64,000 bases of DNA from Sminthopsis crassicaudata (lineage: Eukaryota): positions 597,859,963 through 597,923,962 of the forward strand of contig NC_133619.1 in NCBI RefSeq assembly GCF_048593235.1. The letters are read 5' to 3'. This document shows, one piece after another, positions 46,101 to 64,000 of this stretch; position 1 is the stretch's first letter, and each line of letters starts with the position of its first letter. Made by a program: the position numbers and the translations under genes. A model generated the notes under the pieces. The model was not told the origin of the DNA, searched no databases, and saw nothing but the letters and a program-made list of their open reading frames with translations.

Positions 46101-49100
46101 TGAACCCAAGAGCTCCATTCTCTTGATTGCTCTACTCTAGATACCCTTCAGTTTCTTTCTTAAGTTTAGAACCCAGAACTGAATAAATACTCTAGCCATG
46201 GTCTCACTGTGGCACAGGCCTGTAGGATGACCATTTCTCCAGAATTGGACATTACATTTCTCAATATGGAAGCCTTTGATTGTGTAAGCCTTTTTTGCTG
46301 CCATAATACTCATATTAAATTTATAGTGCACCATAAATAACCTCTATATCTTTTTCAGAACTGCTACCTAGCCAAATGTCTCTCATTTTATAGTTGGAAA
46401 ATTATTTTTTGAACTCATGTTAGACTAAAATCTCACATTTACTTGAATTTTATTTGTATTAAATTTCCATATATATGTATAATATATACATATAATATGT
46501 ATGTTGCCTTATAAGAGGCAACATGGTATATAGCTGGCCTAGTCAGGTGCCACCAATCATACATTCTAGCTGTTACTTTGGCCAAAATACTGAACTTTTC
46601 TGCATTCTAGGGATCTCTTTAGGATTGTGAGCTGCAGAGATGCTGCCACTCTGCATTAGGAGAGAGAATTCCTCTCCAGAAGTTTCCTACAATGCTGAGA
46701 TCACAGAGTTAGATCCAATTTCACTATATTCCATTAAGCCCAATGTTCAAGCCTGCAAAGCCTAACTACACCTCATATCAGCTGATGTGTCAGCCATAGT
46801 TCCCAGGCCTGTTTCACTTGCATCCCATCTATGCCTTGGTCCTGATGACAATATTAAGCAGCATAGGTCTATGGGGACATATCCCCAAAGACTTTTTCCT
46901 AAGATGCTCAACTGTTTATGATCAGTCTTGAGGTCCCATCCTTCAGCCAGTTTTGAAAATATATCTTCTTCAGCCCACCTTTCTCCATCTTTTACCCAAG
47001 AGCAGCATAAGATATTATTCTCTTTTCTTTTTTTTTCTTCCCTTTTTCTGAGGCTGGGATTAAGTGACTTGCCCAGGGTCACACAGCTAGGAAGTGTTAA
47101 ATGTTTGAGACCAGATTTGAACTTGGGTCCTCCTAAATTCAGGGCTGGTGCTCTATCCACTGCACCACCTAGCTGCCCCAGCATAAGATATTATTTAAAA
47201 GTAACCATTCCTTTAAGAATCTGCTCTAAATTATTTTTTAAGAATTGGAGTCAAGCTTCTTGGCCTAGAGTTGCCTGGTGAACTCCCTGTGTATGGATAT
47301 CAGGCTCCTTAATATTAAATTTTAAATCCTTCTTTTATTCCTGATCAGAATTGTTCCTTTGTCTTTAGTTTCCCATCCTTCCTAGATTGATTTCTATTGC
47401 AGAATTTTCATCTACAGACTCCTCCATTTAGATTCTTTCTCTAAATTCTTTTAGGCCCTCCCAGAAATTTAGAGTATATAACAAACTAGATTTCTTTATC
47501 TTTATATCTTTATCTTCTTTATCACAAATTCTAAGAGAAATTTTTCCCCAAGGGTTTTATCATTTCCACCTCAATTATCTCCTCGGGTATTAATCAAATT
47601 CCATAGAGAATTTCCTTTATATTGATTCTTTTCCCATCTGAAGGATAAAATTATTATTAAGGCAAGTAAAGAAATTATTAGTTTCTCTGCTTTTGGCAAA
47701 TGACTAGATAACTGAAGTCCTTGATCCTTGTTACATCCAATTTCTTTGTCAGTTTTGTTTCTATTTCTCAAGCACCTCACCAATCTCACTGTTTAGGTGG
47801 GCTATCATATAATTTGTATGATAATAATGTGCCTGTTTCTGCCTCCATTAGTTTTCATCCAAATATTCTTATGTCATCTTAATTTACAATGGTATTTTGC
47901 ACCTCACTGATCTGATCCTATTTCTTTTGGATATGGTACATCCTGTCATGTTTATTTTAATCATGAATCTCTCTCCATTCATCAAACTTTCAAGAGACTT
48001 AAAAAACAAAAACAAAAACAAAACTAGACCTGTGATTTCATCAGTTTAGGGAGATCTCTCTGAGTAACTCTCACTAACAATGTAAACCAATAACTACTTT
48101 GCAATAAGAGGTTCTTGGAGCATTTGGACTAAGTGATCTACCCAAACCATAAAGCTGGGAGGAGTCAGAGAATTTGAATTTGTTTCTTGCTTCCTTCAGA
48201 GGCCAGCTTTCTCTCTATTACATCACAATGCCTCCTTCTGGCTTGATAGCCACATTCTGGGCACAGGTAGTATCTGGATTTGGGATCCTCTGAACTTCTG
48301 GCTGGCATTGAGTGCTATTCTTCCTATAGTGTGATGTCTACTTTTTAGACTGGGGGGGTATAAAAAGCAATTCTTTTCCTCTCTCCTTCATTTTTAAAGC
48401 CTGAATACTCAGAATTGCAGCACATCAGGCAAATGCCCCCTGACTAGTTCTTCTTAGGAGCACTCTCTTTTTCCTCAAGAGCATGTAATCTAAGCCATGA
48501 AAGGCTCAGAAGGAAATGATGGCTGTCTTCAACACTGAAGGGCTGTTATGTGGAAGAGGAATTAAGGTGGTCCTGCTTGGCCACAAAAGACATTACTAGT
48601 AGCAGTGGGTAGAAGTACAAAGAAGCCAATTTAACTGGATTTAAGAAAAACATCTTAACAATTGGAAGTTTCCAAAAGTGAAGCAAACAGCCACAGATGA
48701 GCAAGGGAAAGGCTGGATGACTTCCTAACTGACCCTCAGGAATTTTCAATTAGACTTGATGGGCTCAGGATTCTACAATTGAGACTCAAAGACCAGTGTG
48801 ACTAGTATCTAGAAATGTCTTTTGGATGGGGAAAGAAGTGCAAAAGTGAGGGATGAGCCAGAATAAGATGAAGGGGAAGAGGAAAAGGGAAAAGTTGGCA
48901 TAAACCGCCAGTAAGAGGCCTCGGAGGAGGATAACAATGATTAGTTTCAGCTGTTTAACTATGCTCAGTCTGTCTCTGGTGAGGAATAGACTCTATCCCA
49001 TAGCAAGGAACCAGATCCACCACATACACTGTCCTTCCAGCATCTGCAAGCCAGAATTCTTTGCTCTTTGGCCTGGCCCAAGGCTGCCTCTATCATCATT

Positions 49101-52100
49101 GTCTCAAGCATCCCAGAGGGTGAGTTGGAAGGCAAAGGGCTTGAGCTCATGCCAAAGGAAGTAAGAGTGTGAAACTTGAAGAGAAGACTTGAATGGGCCA
49201 TGGAGACTGCCATTTGTTGAAGGATCATAAATGTTCTGTATGGCCTAAAGGGCAGAATCAGGAAAGGGGTAAAAGCTACAGAGGGACAAACTTAATCTTA
49301 GTAATAAGATAGGATGTCCAAGAGTGGAATGGGCTGCCTTGGAAAGGAGGGGGTCGCCAGCATTTTCTGCAGATCTTTGCACAAAAGTTAGATAACTATC
49401 TAGGGACTAGGTTGTACCAGGGTTTTTTTTTTTTTCAGGTTTGATTTGGATGAATCCTTTTTACTCTTAAGAATCAGTGACCCACTACAGAAAGAATGGG
49501 GAGCAGACACTGCCCCATCTCTGGGCCTGGATCCACCTGGCCAGCCATCACCATAATTAGCAGAAGCCACTCACCTCCCGGGGGCTCAGGAGCTTTGCCA
49601 GTTCTTCTCCCACCATCGCTGTGTAATAAGCCAGGTTCTGGTTCATTACCTCATCATTGGGAAAGAAGAGCAGGTACGTCTTGGCACATTCAATAGCTTG
49701 GGTATAATTCCCGACTGCAAAGAGAAACATGGCTGCAACTGTCAGGGTATATCTCAGTCTCAGTTGGGGCTTAGGTGGGGCCAGTATTTTAATCACAGGA
49801 GGAAGACAAGGCATGTTGAGCCAGCTGACTGACTGACCTGCACCTGGTTTTACTGGGAAAAGCTTTCAGGATCAGTTATAATGGCATCCATGTTTTATTT
49901 ATTTATTTTGGCTTTGCAAGTTTCTTAATTTTTTAATACCCTTCAGAAAGCTTTTTATAAGCTTTATTTATTTTTTTTATCCGTGTTTTATTAATAGAAA
50001 TACAGATTATCCAGAAAACAGTGAGAAAGGGCAAAGACAGAATAAAGTTTGCATTCCTTAGTCTACAAAGTGCTTTCCTCTCCCCAGTAATGTAAGGGAG
50101 ATAAAAAGCAAGGTTTTCTCCATTTTACAGATAAAGAAGTTGAGGTTTGGGGTACAGGCAGCAAAGCTTAGGGATAGGACTTATTTTCACTTGCCTGTCT
50201 CAAATCTAGCACCCTTTCCCCTGAACCAGACACTGTTATAGTGATGAAACATTTATTTCCCCTACTGGTCACTTTTGGGCAGAGAGAAGGGGAGGGTTAA
50301 ACTAAGAGAAGGAGGGGTTAACTTTTTTAGGGTTTTTTTTAGGATAGGTCTTCTTTATATAGATGATAAGCTCATCCCACAAGGCTCCCACCAAATGACA
50401 AAAGTCAGATTCCTAATTTCCAGCACTTGAAATTTCTACATGGCCTCTTGTCACGAAACACTTTCTGCTGATTATCTGCCTCTTTGCCCTCTCCTCCCCA
50501 CGTCCTATCTCTTCTATCTACCAGTACCCTCCCACTCCTGTTAAAATTCCCTGTTTTTTTCCAGGTCTATTATTAGGGGTCAGGGACAAATCTCTATGAA
50601 GAAATCTAGAACATAGTTTCTTTATGTGTGAGTGAGAGAGTGAGTTCTCAATGTGGGGATGGATTAAATCCATCTATACTTGGTTGCACATAGTTGTTTA
50701 TATGTTGCCTCCCCAATTAGACTGGGAATTCCTGAGGGTATGAGTTGGCTTTTGCTTTTCTTTCAAGTACTGAATATCCTCAGTACTTGGCCCATAATCG
50801 GTCTGCTTATTGACTTGACCTCCCATCTACCCCTCCCTGCCTCAAATCTGGGCTGGCTAAAGACCAGGCAATTTTACAAGAAGCCATGTCTGTGCTGTTG
50901 CCTCTACTATCACTGTTGCTGCTACCTCTAGGATCAACATTTTCCCCTGTTTTGCCACTAAGGACTTAAACCATGGAAAGACAATCTCAGCCTCTCCCAC
51001 TTTCTCAATGACTTTGTTGCTCCCCCTTTCTATCTCCTTCTGACATTTTCTGTGATGATGGTAATTTTGATGGTGGATAACCTTCTCAACAAATAGGCTC
51101 ATAAACTCTTGGCTCCTACCACCACTACTCCCATTGGCCCTTGGCCACCCTTTTAGACCTCAGGAGCATTCACAACTTCTCTAAGAGGTGGGAACCTGAA
51201 ATACTTCTTTCTTACTGGCTCCTTACTTCCAAATGCCCTCCCCAAAATCTCTGGTGCCTCAAAGCCACTATCATCAGATTTCTCTTCATGATCTCAAGTT
51301 TGTAGTTCACTATTTCAGTGATATACTCTCCTCTACTCTGGACACCTGGTTATTCTGCCATTCTACCTCTGTTAACCCTGAATTCCATTAGCCTCCTCTA
51401 TTCCCTCTTCCTGAATTGTTGAACACTGCTAGAGGAAGGAGGGAAGTGACCCTGACTGGACCCCATTTATAGATACCAAACCCCAAACATTCATCATTTC
51501 CAAGGGACAGCCCTAACAGCTCCTCCAAATAGCTCTTTCATAGATTTGTCACTCAAACTCCCAACTTCTTCCAAAAGTTTATCCAAACTACCTTCTCTCT
51601 CTTTTTCTATTTATTCCTCATTACTCAATTTCCTACTTGTATGAACTTGGGAAATTACTTCTCTGGGCCTCAGTTTCTCTTATCTGTAAAATGGGGTGTT
51701 TTCTAGTTATAAAATTCTGAGATTCTGTGAAATTTGTAAGATTATATAGGAAACATGTAGTCTATATACTATAAAGTTAATTCCTGAGCTGTACTAGTGA
51801 AAAGTCAAATATATTATTAAGGAAGAGGTGACAGTTCTTTTTTCTATTGTTTTGATAAAGAGAACAGAATGAGGCAGAAGAGGAGGAAGATGGCTCTTAC
51901 TGTTGTAGTAGGCAAACTGAAGATAATTATAGTGCGACGGGAGGAAATCTTCAAAGGGCTTCTCTCGGCTGGGATGAGAGGCAAGCTCGGTAACACAACT
52001 CTGTTTACAACTCAGCACCTGGATGTAATGATCTGAAAGGAATCAGAGAGGGGAAGGAACAACAGATCAGTCTGGGACATTTAAAGCTGTGGACCAGACA

Positions 52101-55100
52101 AACAAAATCAAGCAAAGGTAACTGTTGGTCAGATGCCTAAAAGGATGCAAGCCAGCAGACACTGAGGCAGAGTTGGAATCAGAGAACAATAAAAGAGCTA
52201 CAATGTAGGTTCCTGATACATGGAGCAGAAGCAGCAGAAGCCCTGCTGGGGTTAATCCCAGAACCTCATTCTCTTCCAGACTGCACTGACATCATTCTAG
52301 GATACAAAACCTACTTAGGTAGCAACCAGAACTTTCCTAGAGAAAAAGATGAGTAAAAGGTCCCATTGAGCAAAGCAGAGCAGAGCCAGCAGAGCAGAGC
52401 AGAGCAGAGCAACACACACCTGTGATGGACTGGAAGAGGTCAGCATTGTATTCGAGGTAGTTGTAGCCATCATAGTCATAAGGGCCCTCACAGAGGGCAC
52501 GGCATTCCTCATCTGCCACAAAATACTCTTGCAGGGCCGCCTCCAAATGGGGCACAGCTTCATGGGGCTGTTCCTCTGAGTAGAGCCGCACACCCAGCCG
52601 GAACTCGTGCTTGAAGGAGGACAGGGGATTCAGCCTGCCAAGTCATGAATTAAGCAAGGCCCATCCCTTCCCTTCTGCCCACTGCCATGAGATCCATAAA
52701 CTCCTCTGTCTATCCATCTGAGTCCTAACAAAAGCTCAAGGAATGAATGAACTGTCCCTGGCAGGAAAATTAATAGGAAAAAATATATTTGTTGATTGAT
52801 AATTACAAAAGGCTCTCACAAGGGCCTTTTACACAATAATAAAGCACTCAGGCATCATTATCCACATTTTACAGATGATGAAATTGAGGCTCAGGGAGGT
52901 CTATCAATTAGCCTAAAGCCATGTTCCACTTTACAAAATGGAGAGGGATATTTAGAAAGTCCCTGTGTAGCTTTAGAACTTTTTACTTTTCAGATTTCAT
53001 AATTTAGGCTGCTAGTTTGAGAGAAATAACTTGTTCTTAGTCTGGTAAGAAGTAATGAATTTTCTTCTCACCGCTGCCCTAGGACGCCACTAATCAAGGG
53101 AGGCTTTTCCCCTAAACCACAGGATCGGAAATCAGAATTCACTGTCCTGTGCATGTTCCACCTGGACCAAAGTCAAATATACTGGTTTTGAGGTGCCGTG
53201 TGCAGGGAGTTTCTAATGTAATTAAAAGCAAAGATTTCCTAGTTTAGAAGTGCACAAGGACTTTCAGAAGGTTGTTCATCCCTTATCAAGAGTGGAGGAC
53301 CTTCTCTGCTGACAGAGGGGGTAGGATAGAAAGGGCACAGGGAAAGGAAGGCTGGGGATCCTGATTCACCATGTGAGGTTTTGCCTCGAGGTCCTTGAAG
53401 TCCTCCTCCTTGACCCCTGACATTGTTTGATAATAGTCCAAGTTCTGGCGCATCTCCAGGTGCTCTGGATTCCCCACAAAGAAGGTGTGTGCAGCTGCAA
53501 CAGCCTTCTCCAACTTGTTAATCTGGAAGTGAAGCAAAATGAAGTAGTTCCCGAGTTTATGCTGAGCAGACAGCCTCCCTTCTGAAGAGCTTCCCTGCCT
53601 CCAGCTCCCTCTGGCTGTCATGCCATCTCTTGCTCAAATGCTAGTGACCCCCTAAGACACCATAGCCCAACAACACACACCGCTGTGCTCCACATTAGAA
53701 GTCCTTTTATAATTCAGCCCTTCCTAGCTTCCAGCTCTGCCATTCCTCCCTGAACCATTCTACAACCCAGCACCATGAGCTTGTCCATGTATAGCACAAT
53801 TTGTCCTTAGTTTTGATCATTGCCTAAGCCTGGGACACTCTCCTCATTCCTTCTTATTCCTCTTAGCTTCCCATGTTTCCCTCAAGACTGAACTCAAAAC
53901 CCCTTTTCTTCAAGAGACCTTTCTTGGTCCTCTCTAAAATCACTCCCAGTTCTACTGCATATAGTTTGTATGTGTCTAGTGATTTGTGTTGACTCCCTCA
54001 TTATAACACAAGTTCCTAGAAAGCAGGGACCATGTCTCTATCTTTGTATCTTAGAATTTACCCTAGTACAAAGTATCCTTATTAAATCTTTATTGATCAA
54101 CTGATTGGCACATTAGGGACACAGAAATAGAAAAACATGACATACAACTACACCACAAGAAGCCAGCCATTGGTGAGCAGGAATCCTCAGACCATTTCCA
54201 GCCAACTGAGCCCAGATCTTTCCTTTTAAGAGGATGAGCTGCTACTTGTTAGTCAGTTGAAAGGAACTAGAAGGAACAGCAACTTCTCTGGGATAAACTT
54301 AGCACAGCAGATGCTTTAGAGTAAATGAGTGTTTCTCTGATCAGGCCTGGGGATACACTGTTAAAAGGTGCAATGCTTCACTCAGTAGTGCTATTTTCAA
54401 ATTTTTTAAATAAAGGTTACACTTATAACTACTCAATCTTCTAATTCCAGGATTCTGATCAGGAACTGCGATGACCAAAAACATCAAAGGGACTAAGGAT
54501 GGGTATAGGGCTTTAAAGAATGACATTGGGCTGAATAAGTAATTTGAAAGACAAATTCGGGCAGGGGGATTAAATTATCCAGGCATATTCAAAAACAGGC
54601 TACATTATTGACAAATCCTAAACTCTTCACAAAATTATGGGGAGCTGGTGGCACAGTGTAATAGAGTGCTGGTCTGGAGTGAGAAGACCTGAGATCAAAT
54701 CAAGCCTCAGACACTATGATAATTGGCCAAGTCACTTAACCACAATCTGCCTCAGTTTCCTTATTTGTAAAATAGGCATGATAGGCTTGTTCAGGGCAAA
54801 ATGAGAATAGTAAAGCACTTTGTAAAGCTTATGCACAGGCAAGCTGTCATTATTTCACTTTTATCTTTGTATCTCTTTTAGATACTTCTAGCACAATACC
54901 TGGCAAACAATAGATGCTTAATTGGCTCATTTGATTTCTACTCCAAAATCCATTCTGGAGAAGAATTCTAGTTCCAGCTCTAAGCTTCAGGATCTTAGAA
55001 AAACACTAAAGTCTCATAGGCCTCAGGTTCCTAATATGTCAAATGAAGGAATTGGACTAGATAACCTCTCGAGTTTCTCTTTCCAGGACTAGATTCATTT

Positions 55101-56771
55101 TTATTGTTAGAAGTGATGAAGCCTTCCAGATATGATGAATTTTTGCTTGATTTTCTTCCAGTCTCTTCTTCCTTGTGCAATGAAATATCCCTTCCATGAA
55201 GTAGCAGCTGTCATTCTCCCCTACAAGTATGCTATTGCATCATTAGGTTTTTAAGGGAATATGAGTTTGGGGAGGAATTATATGTATCTTGCAGAATTTT
55301 ATATTCTCTTATCTAGAAGATTGGGGGGAGGAAAGTTTTTTTTTTTTTTTCAGAGTAACTTTCTGGGGATGGGTGTTTGAGACTAAATTCTTTGTGGTTT
55401 ATCTGTAGGCTATTAAAGGTCTGTTCTTTAAAGATACATTTGGGAAAAAAAAAAAAAAACAAGCAGTACTGCCAGCCGGCCAAAAACCTTGGTTTTTATC
55501 CTCACAACCGCTCTTAACATTCTGCAGAACTGAAGGGCTGGCACTAGTGAATTAACCCTTAAGGGCTAGCCTAGTGAAGTCAAGTAGGAGCCAAGAGGAA
55601 AAGAAATAACTACCTCGGGCCAGAAACGGGACAAAGTAGTATGTAATTTCTGTGTTTTAACTTGACTCAGAAACTTGAGAGGGTCCCCGGCGGGGAGGAG
55701 CCTGCTACGTGGCATTCCAGGGCCTGAAACGGAAGGCGCTGGAGTCCGTAGGAAAGGAAAGGTTTCTTGAAAAGAGATGGGGCTAAGAAACAGGGAAAGC
55801 ACGGGTGGAAATCAAGCCCTGCAACTTTGTCTACAACCCGGCAGGGCAACTTTGTCTCTAAACTAGCTGTCAGGGGGTGGAGAGTTCCCAGCTCAGCCCG
55901 ATCACGGGGGTGGGGCAGGACCTGGAAGGAAAGCGATCTTTCCAAGTTCTATAGACTTAAGCCTGGGTCACACCTGCATTGCATCTTCAAACTCCCTCCT
56001 CGGTCTGCCTCCGACACGGCCAGCTCCCTGGAGCATCCTGGAGGGAATGGGGGTGCCATCAGCTAAGCCCACAGAACCTGGACACTGTCTCCATCGGAAT
56101 CTGGACAAAGGTCCGCTCTATTACGTGCCCAATCGGTTATGCAGCCTCCGCGAAAAGCTCTCCAGTGATGGGGAGCTCACTATCTATCAGGCCGGTGCAT
56201 TCATTTTGGACCAGCTCGCTCTAAGGTCGGGAAGATCCTGCTCATTTGGGCCTGCCCGTGTCCCCCGCTAGGCCCCCCGCCGCCGCCGCACCTTAAAGTA
56301 GGCCACTTGTAGGTAGTTGTAGGGGCTCCGCTTGCGGAACTCCAGCTCCAGCTCCTCGCTGAGGGTGTGAGCGGCGGGCGGGCCCAGGCAGGCGCGGAGG
56401 CAGGCGGCACGATGCAGCAGCCTCCCGAAGAAGCGCAGGTCGTGCAGGGCAGTGGCGGTCCGGTCGGTCTCGGCCTGGAGCCCCAGTTCAGGCTCCCAGG
56501 GGTGCTGGGCGGCGCACTCCGAGCGGCAGCGCAGGCGCAGGGCTCGGAGCGAGGCCCGGGAGCGCAGCGCCCGTTCCATGTGCAGCACCACCGCCGCCCA
56601 GTCCCCGCGCGCGTAGGCCGCGGCGCCCGCCGCAAACAGCCCGTCGGGGGTCTCAGTCGACTCCAGCCCCGCTGCCACAGACGCCGTCCCCGGCTCCGCC
56701 GCGGTCCAGAGCCAGGCCTCAGCCCCAGCCCAGGCCACGGACAACCACAGCCACAGAGCGAGCCAGGCCAT
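40180..56771 (-). CDS. P3H1: Prolyl 3-hydroxylase 1 (leprecan/LEPRE1), 15 exons, 741 aa
   Basis: Exons 56771-56292, 53522-53370, 52609-52420, 52032-51901, 49714-49575, 44068-43979, 43735-43683, 43492-43371, 42413-42286, 42139-42044, 41654-41504, 41393-41276, 41156-41081, 40898-40758, 40335-40180; total 2226 nt; all GT-AG and in phase. Signal peptide, HVD...H 2OG-Fe(II) ligands, GQRCA and C-terminal KDEL. Confidence 0.98.
44220..44490 (+). mobile_element. L1 3' end with A-rich tail
   Basis: tatattgtattt..atatttaacatgtattgg..ggaagg..aataaaaa. Confidence 0.7.
44640..45870 (+). mobile_element. L1 inter-ORF spacer joined directly to ORF2 C-terminus and 3' UTR
   Basis: atcataaccatgaa joined to tttacagcaagtttccctgataaaggcc at ~44865. 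Confidence 0.75.
45890..46400 (-). mobile_element. L3/CR1 fragment
   Basis: tttagaacccagaactgaataaatactctag..caatatggaagcc antisense CR1-like segment. Confidence 0.5.
47020..47178 (-). mobile_element. WSINE1-type SINE with 17-bp TSD
   Basis: TSD cagcataagatattatt at 47003-47019 and 47179-47195. Confidence 0.93.
52368..52411. repeat. (GAGCA)n pentanucleotide repeat beside the P3H1 exon 3 donor
   Basis: Direct reading. Confidence 0.9.
54640..54850 (+). mobile_element. MIR-type CORE-SINE
   Basis: ggtggcacagtg head; caagtcacttaacc..ctgcctcagtttccttatttgtaaaat core. Confidence 0.8.
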
Positions 56772-57748
56772 AGCCGACCGTGCACACCTAACGGACCCGG
56801 CGGGCCGCCACTCACAACCCGCTTGGAGCTCTGCCCCAAAAGCCGACCCCGCCCCCACAGAATGGCCCCGCCCTAAAGTCTGAGCCCCGCCCCTCGGCAG
56901 CCAGACCCGACTAGGGTGAAACCTCGGCCTTAGACTGCACCCCAGAATGAGACCTACCCCTAGACCCAGGCACCACCCTCGAAGAATAAAGCCCAGCCTT
57001 TAGACCGCCTCAGAGAACAAGCCCCGCCTCCAGGCCTATGCACCTCCTCCAAAGAGTGAAGCCCCGCCCCCAGACTTATGCACCTCCTCCAAAAAGTGAA
57101 GCCCCTCCTTTAGGCCAATGCACCTTTTCTACAGGACGTTTTGCCCTTAGACCTCCTCAAAAAGTGAGCCCCACCTACGCCCGCCCTCCAGCGTGAAGCC
57201 CCACCCCTAGACCTATACATCTTTGAGGGCCAAGGGCTGCAACACGTCACACACCCCATGCCTTCCTCTAGACTGACGCACCACCCCTAGGTTCTTTTTT
57301 TCTCTTTTCCGTCCGTCAGGAAGGAGGTGAATCTTAGACTTGAGCCCCTGAGGCAGAAGTCTTTCCCCTGGACAAAAGGGAGACACCCCCCCCAATCATA
57401 CCATGTGCCCGCCTCCGCCTCTCTGAAGCCAGAGCCCTCAGAGCGTAGCCCCGCCCACAATAGAATGCCACCTTTGGCCTAGATAGAAAGACCATCCCTC
57501 TAATCATCTCCGCTACTCAGAATAGAGGCAGCATATTCATTACAGAGCCCCTGAGGCTTCCTAAATGGCATTTTTAGTGACCTGCTCCCCAACCAGGAGG
57601 CAGCGAACTTAGTCCCGTCAGCGCCTCTCCGGGAGGCGCGACCTCCTTTCGAAGCCACGCCCCCTGACGTAGCCCTGTTATTAGGACGCAGCCCGCCTCT
57701 TCCTCACAGCGCATGCGTCACCTGTCGGGCTTCTTTAGAGTTGGGAAC
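56772..57748. promoter_or_regulatory. Bidirectional CpG-island promoter of P3H1 and C1orf50
   Basis: Head-to-head ATGs 978 bp apart; multiple GC boxes; NRF1-like GCGCATGCGT at 57709-57718; CRE-like TGACGT at 57665; YY1-like AACATGGCGGC over the C1orf50 ATG. Confidence 0.85.
57019..57130 (+). repeat. 40-bp tandem repeat carrying GC boxes
   Basis: aagccccgcctccaggcctatgcacctcctccaaagagtg at 57019-57058, a near-identical copy at 57059-57098 and a degenerate third copy. Confidence 0.9.
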
Positions 57749-63011
<5,263 letters not shown>

Positions 63012-63123
63012 TGAGACAGGATACACCTGAGCAAATTTATCCTTTAAGAAATTTCTTTGTGCGATCCATAAGAATGCATTTATATAGCTGCCAAAGGCAA
63101 AGAATGCTGTTTATCTTTTGTGG

Positions 63124-63158
<35 letters not shown>

Positions 63159-64000
63159 GGAAAGAATTAGCCTAGGTATAGGCCTAGCAACAGACTTTGC
63201 TTTCCAAGGATCATCTAGCTAACTAACAAGTAGGCTTTTCACAAAGTGATTAATTCATTAGCTCACCGCCAAAAAAGAAAAAAAAAACTCCTGAGTTTTA
63301 TGGGACCCTTTTCTACCTTTGCATAAATGGTGGCAGAGTTGTGGGATGTAGAGAGGTGGGGGATGAAGGAGCAAAGGATACTAGAAGAATATAGGTTTTA
63401 GACTATTTATAAATATTGAGCATTGATGTATAGTGACCAACAAATGGACCTGGTACTGGAGGAAGATAAGTCACATCAATTTTTACTCTTTCTATAAATA
63501 AAACCAGGGAATAGTAGGAAGTAGCAGTTAAATGGAATGGTCATAACTGGAAGGGACCACAGAGGCTATTTAATCCAGCTCTCTTTACGGCCAGATCTGA
63601 GATCACAAGTAATAAACAATGGAGTTGAAGCTCTTTCCAGTTCAGAAGACTTCCCTAGACAAATAAGGCATTGACATAATTGGTTTTTGGTTCATTCATA
63701 GGCAATAAAAAGCATCATTTCCTGGGATGTTTGGGCATCTGTTGAAATATTCATTATGTCCCAACATTTGTTACAGAGAATGAGAAGGCTGAGAACTCAA
63801 TGAGCCTCTCTCCTAATTCAGTAACTTCTATGGGAAGGTGGGCAGTAAGGGAAGGTGATTAAAAACATGTTGGAAAATATATAGCTTGGGAGTAAAAAAG
63901 GAAGGACACCAAAGACATGTAGACTCATGCCTAGACCTTGAATATTTTGCTTAAGAGGATAATCAGGAAGCATAGAATATGCCATGCCAATCACTGAGTA

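Noticed and set aside
56201-56839. 212-aa minus-strand ORF and 169-aa plus-strand ORF
   Set aside because: Alternative frames of GC-rich P3H1 exon 1; low-complexity translations
56771-56858. N-terminal extension of P3H1 in the ORF track
   Set aside because: Begins at GTG; the ATG at 56771 directly precedes the signal peptide

Overview
Marsupial genomic DNA, probably Australidelphian/dasyurid (inferred from abundant ~135-bp WSINE1-type CORE-SINEs and marsupial L1s). It covers the CLDN19-P3H1-C1orf50 syntenic block. I assembled four spliced genes by hand from GT-AG boundaries and phases: P3H1 (15 exons, minus, 741 aa, KDEL end), CLDN19 (4 exons, minus, 211-aa YV-ending form), C1orf50 (exons 1-4, plus, runs out of the window), and an intact five-exon CLDN16-like paralogue (12723-15018, minus) 2.9 kb downstream of CLDN19. 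I know of no such gene at the human locus. It has CLDN16 exon sizes and phases, a conserved but less acidic first extracellular loop and a C-terminal PDZ motif. It makes this block mirror the human 3q28 P3H2-CLDN1-CLDN16 cluster, suggesting a retained ohnologue beside the CLDN16 partner CLDN19. The rest is TE-rich: nested L1s, L2, L3/CR1, CORE-SINEs, a decayed betaretroviral provirus (RNaseH-IN-env-3'LTR) antisense in CLDN19 intron 3, and two TSD-flanked solo LTRs with an internal tRNA-Lys PBS-like motif. Gene exon coordinates are exact; most TE boundaries are approximate. Comparisons to human proteins are from memory, not database searches.
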